NCBI RefSeq assembly: GCF_964194025.1
Contig: NC_134480.1
Span: 19,964,001 to 20,028,000 of the forward strand
Length of the DNA: 64,000 nt
Direction of reading: 5' to 3'
DNA from: Convolutriloba macropyga
Taxonomy: Eukaryota
Positions 63,599 through 64,000 of this stretch are shown here, one piece after another (positions within the stretch are counted from its first letter, which is position 1; every line of letters begins with the position of its first letter). The notes beneath the pieces were generated by a model. The model made no database searches and was not told where the DNA came from. It worked only from the letters and a program-made list of their open reading frames with translations. Position numbers and translations under genes: made by a program.

Positions 63599-64000
63599 AA
63601 ACAATGATTTCTAAAAAAATTGCCTGTTAGATCATTTATGATAAAACATTTCTACTATAACTCATTGTTAATGAGGATCAGAGATGATGACATAACGCCA
63701 CATAACAGCAGCTGAAGTGCGGAATCAACAAAAACAGAGAATCAACAAAAACGTGAACCAGAAGAAAGAAAAACCCTAACCGACAGAGAGAAAGCAATAG
63801 AAATATTTTCTATGATGGGATTCTACTCTGCAACTTCTAATTTTCGAGCGTTGTTAGTAAATAAATCATATAGAAAAAAACTAATAAAGGCAAAATAAGA
63901 AAAAAATTCAACTTTGCAGTAAAAAAGTTAGGAAACAATTTTGGAAACAATTACAAAATCTTGCTAAAATTCAGGATATTAGTATTTCAAGATTCATTCC

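Overview
AT-rich, repeat-dense eukaryotic (invertebrate-like) genomic DNA with GT-AG spliceosomal introns. Every recognisable host gene is on the minus strand. In transcription order they are: a two-EGF single-pass membrane protein gene (about 51.5-53.9 kb, 5' end not found), a paralogous two-EGF gene (about 44.1-45.7 kb), intronless WBP4, three-exon UBE2V (UEV1/MMS2), two-exon NAA38 (LSMD1), and the first four exons of COPS4 (CSN4), whose 3' exons run off the left edge. The non-coding DNA is dominated by at least five families of non-autonomous Helentron/DINE-1-like elements (short sub-terminal inverted repeat, 3' hairpin, T-tract insertion without target duplication). These nest inside each other, and families A-D are all co-oriented with the genes. 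Also present are GGATC-terminal MITEs with 8-bp TSDs, a triplicated LINE RT fragment, minisatellites and a templated-insertion repair scar. Leading hypotheses: a co-directional, possibly polycistronic/trans-spliced gene cluster; strand-biased Russian-doll rolling-circle elements; and a duplicated terminal exon that creates a PDZ-type C-terminus. All coordinates, alignments and counts were read by eye and no searches were run.
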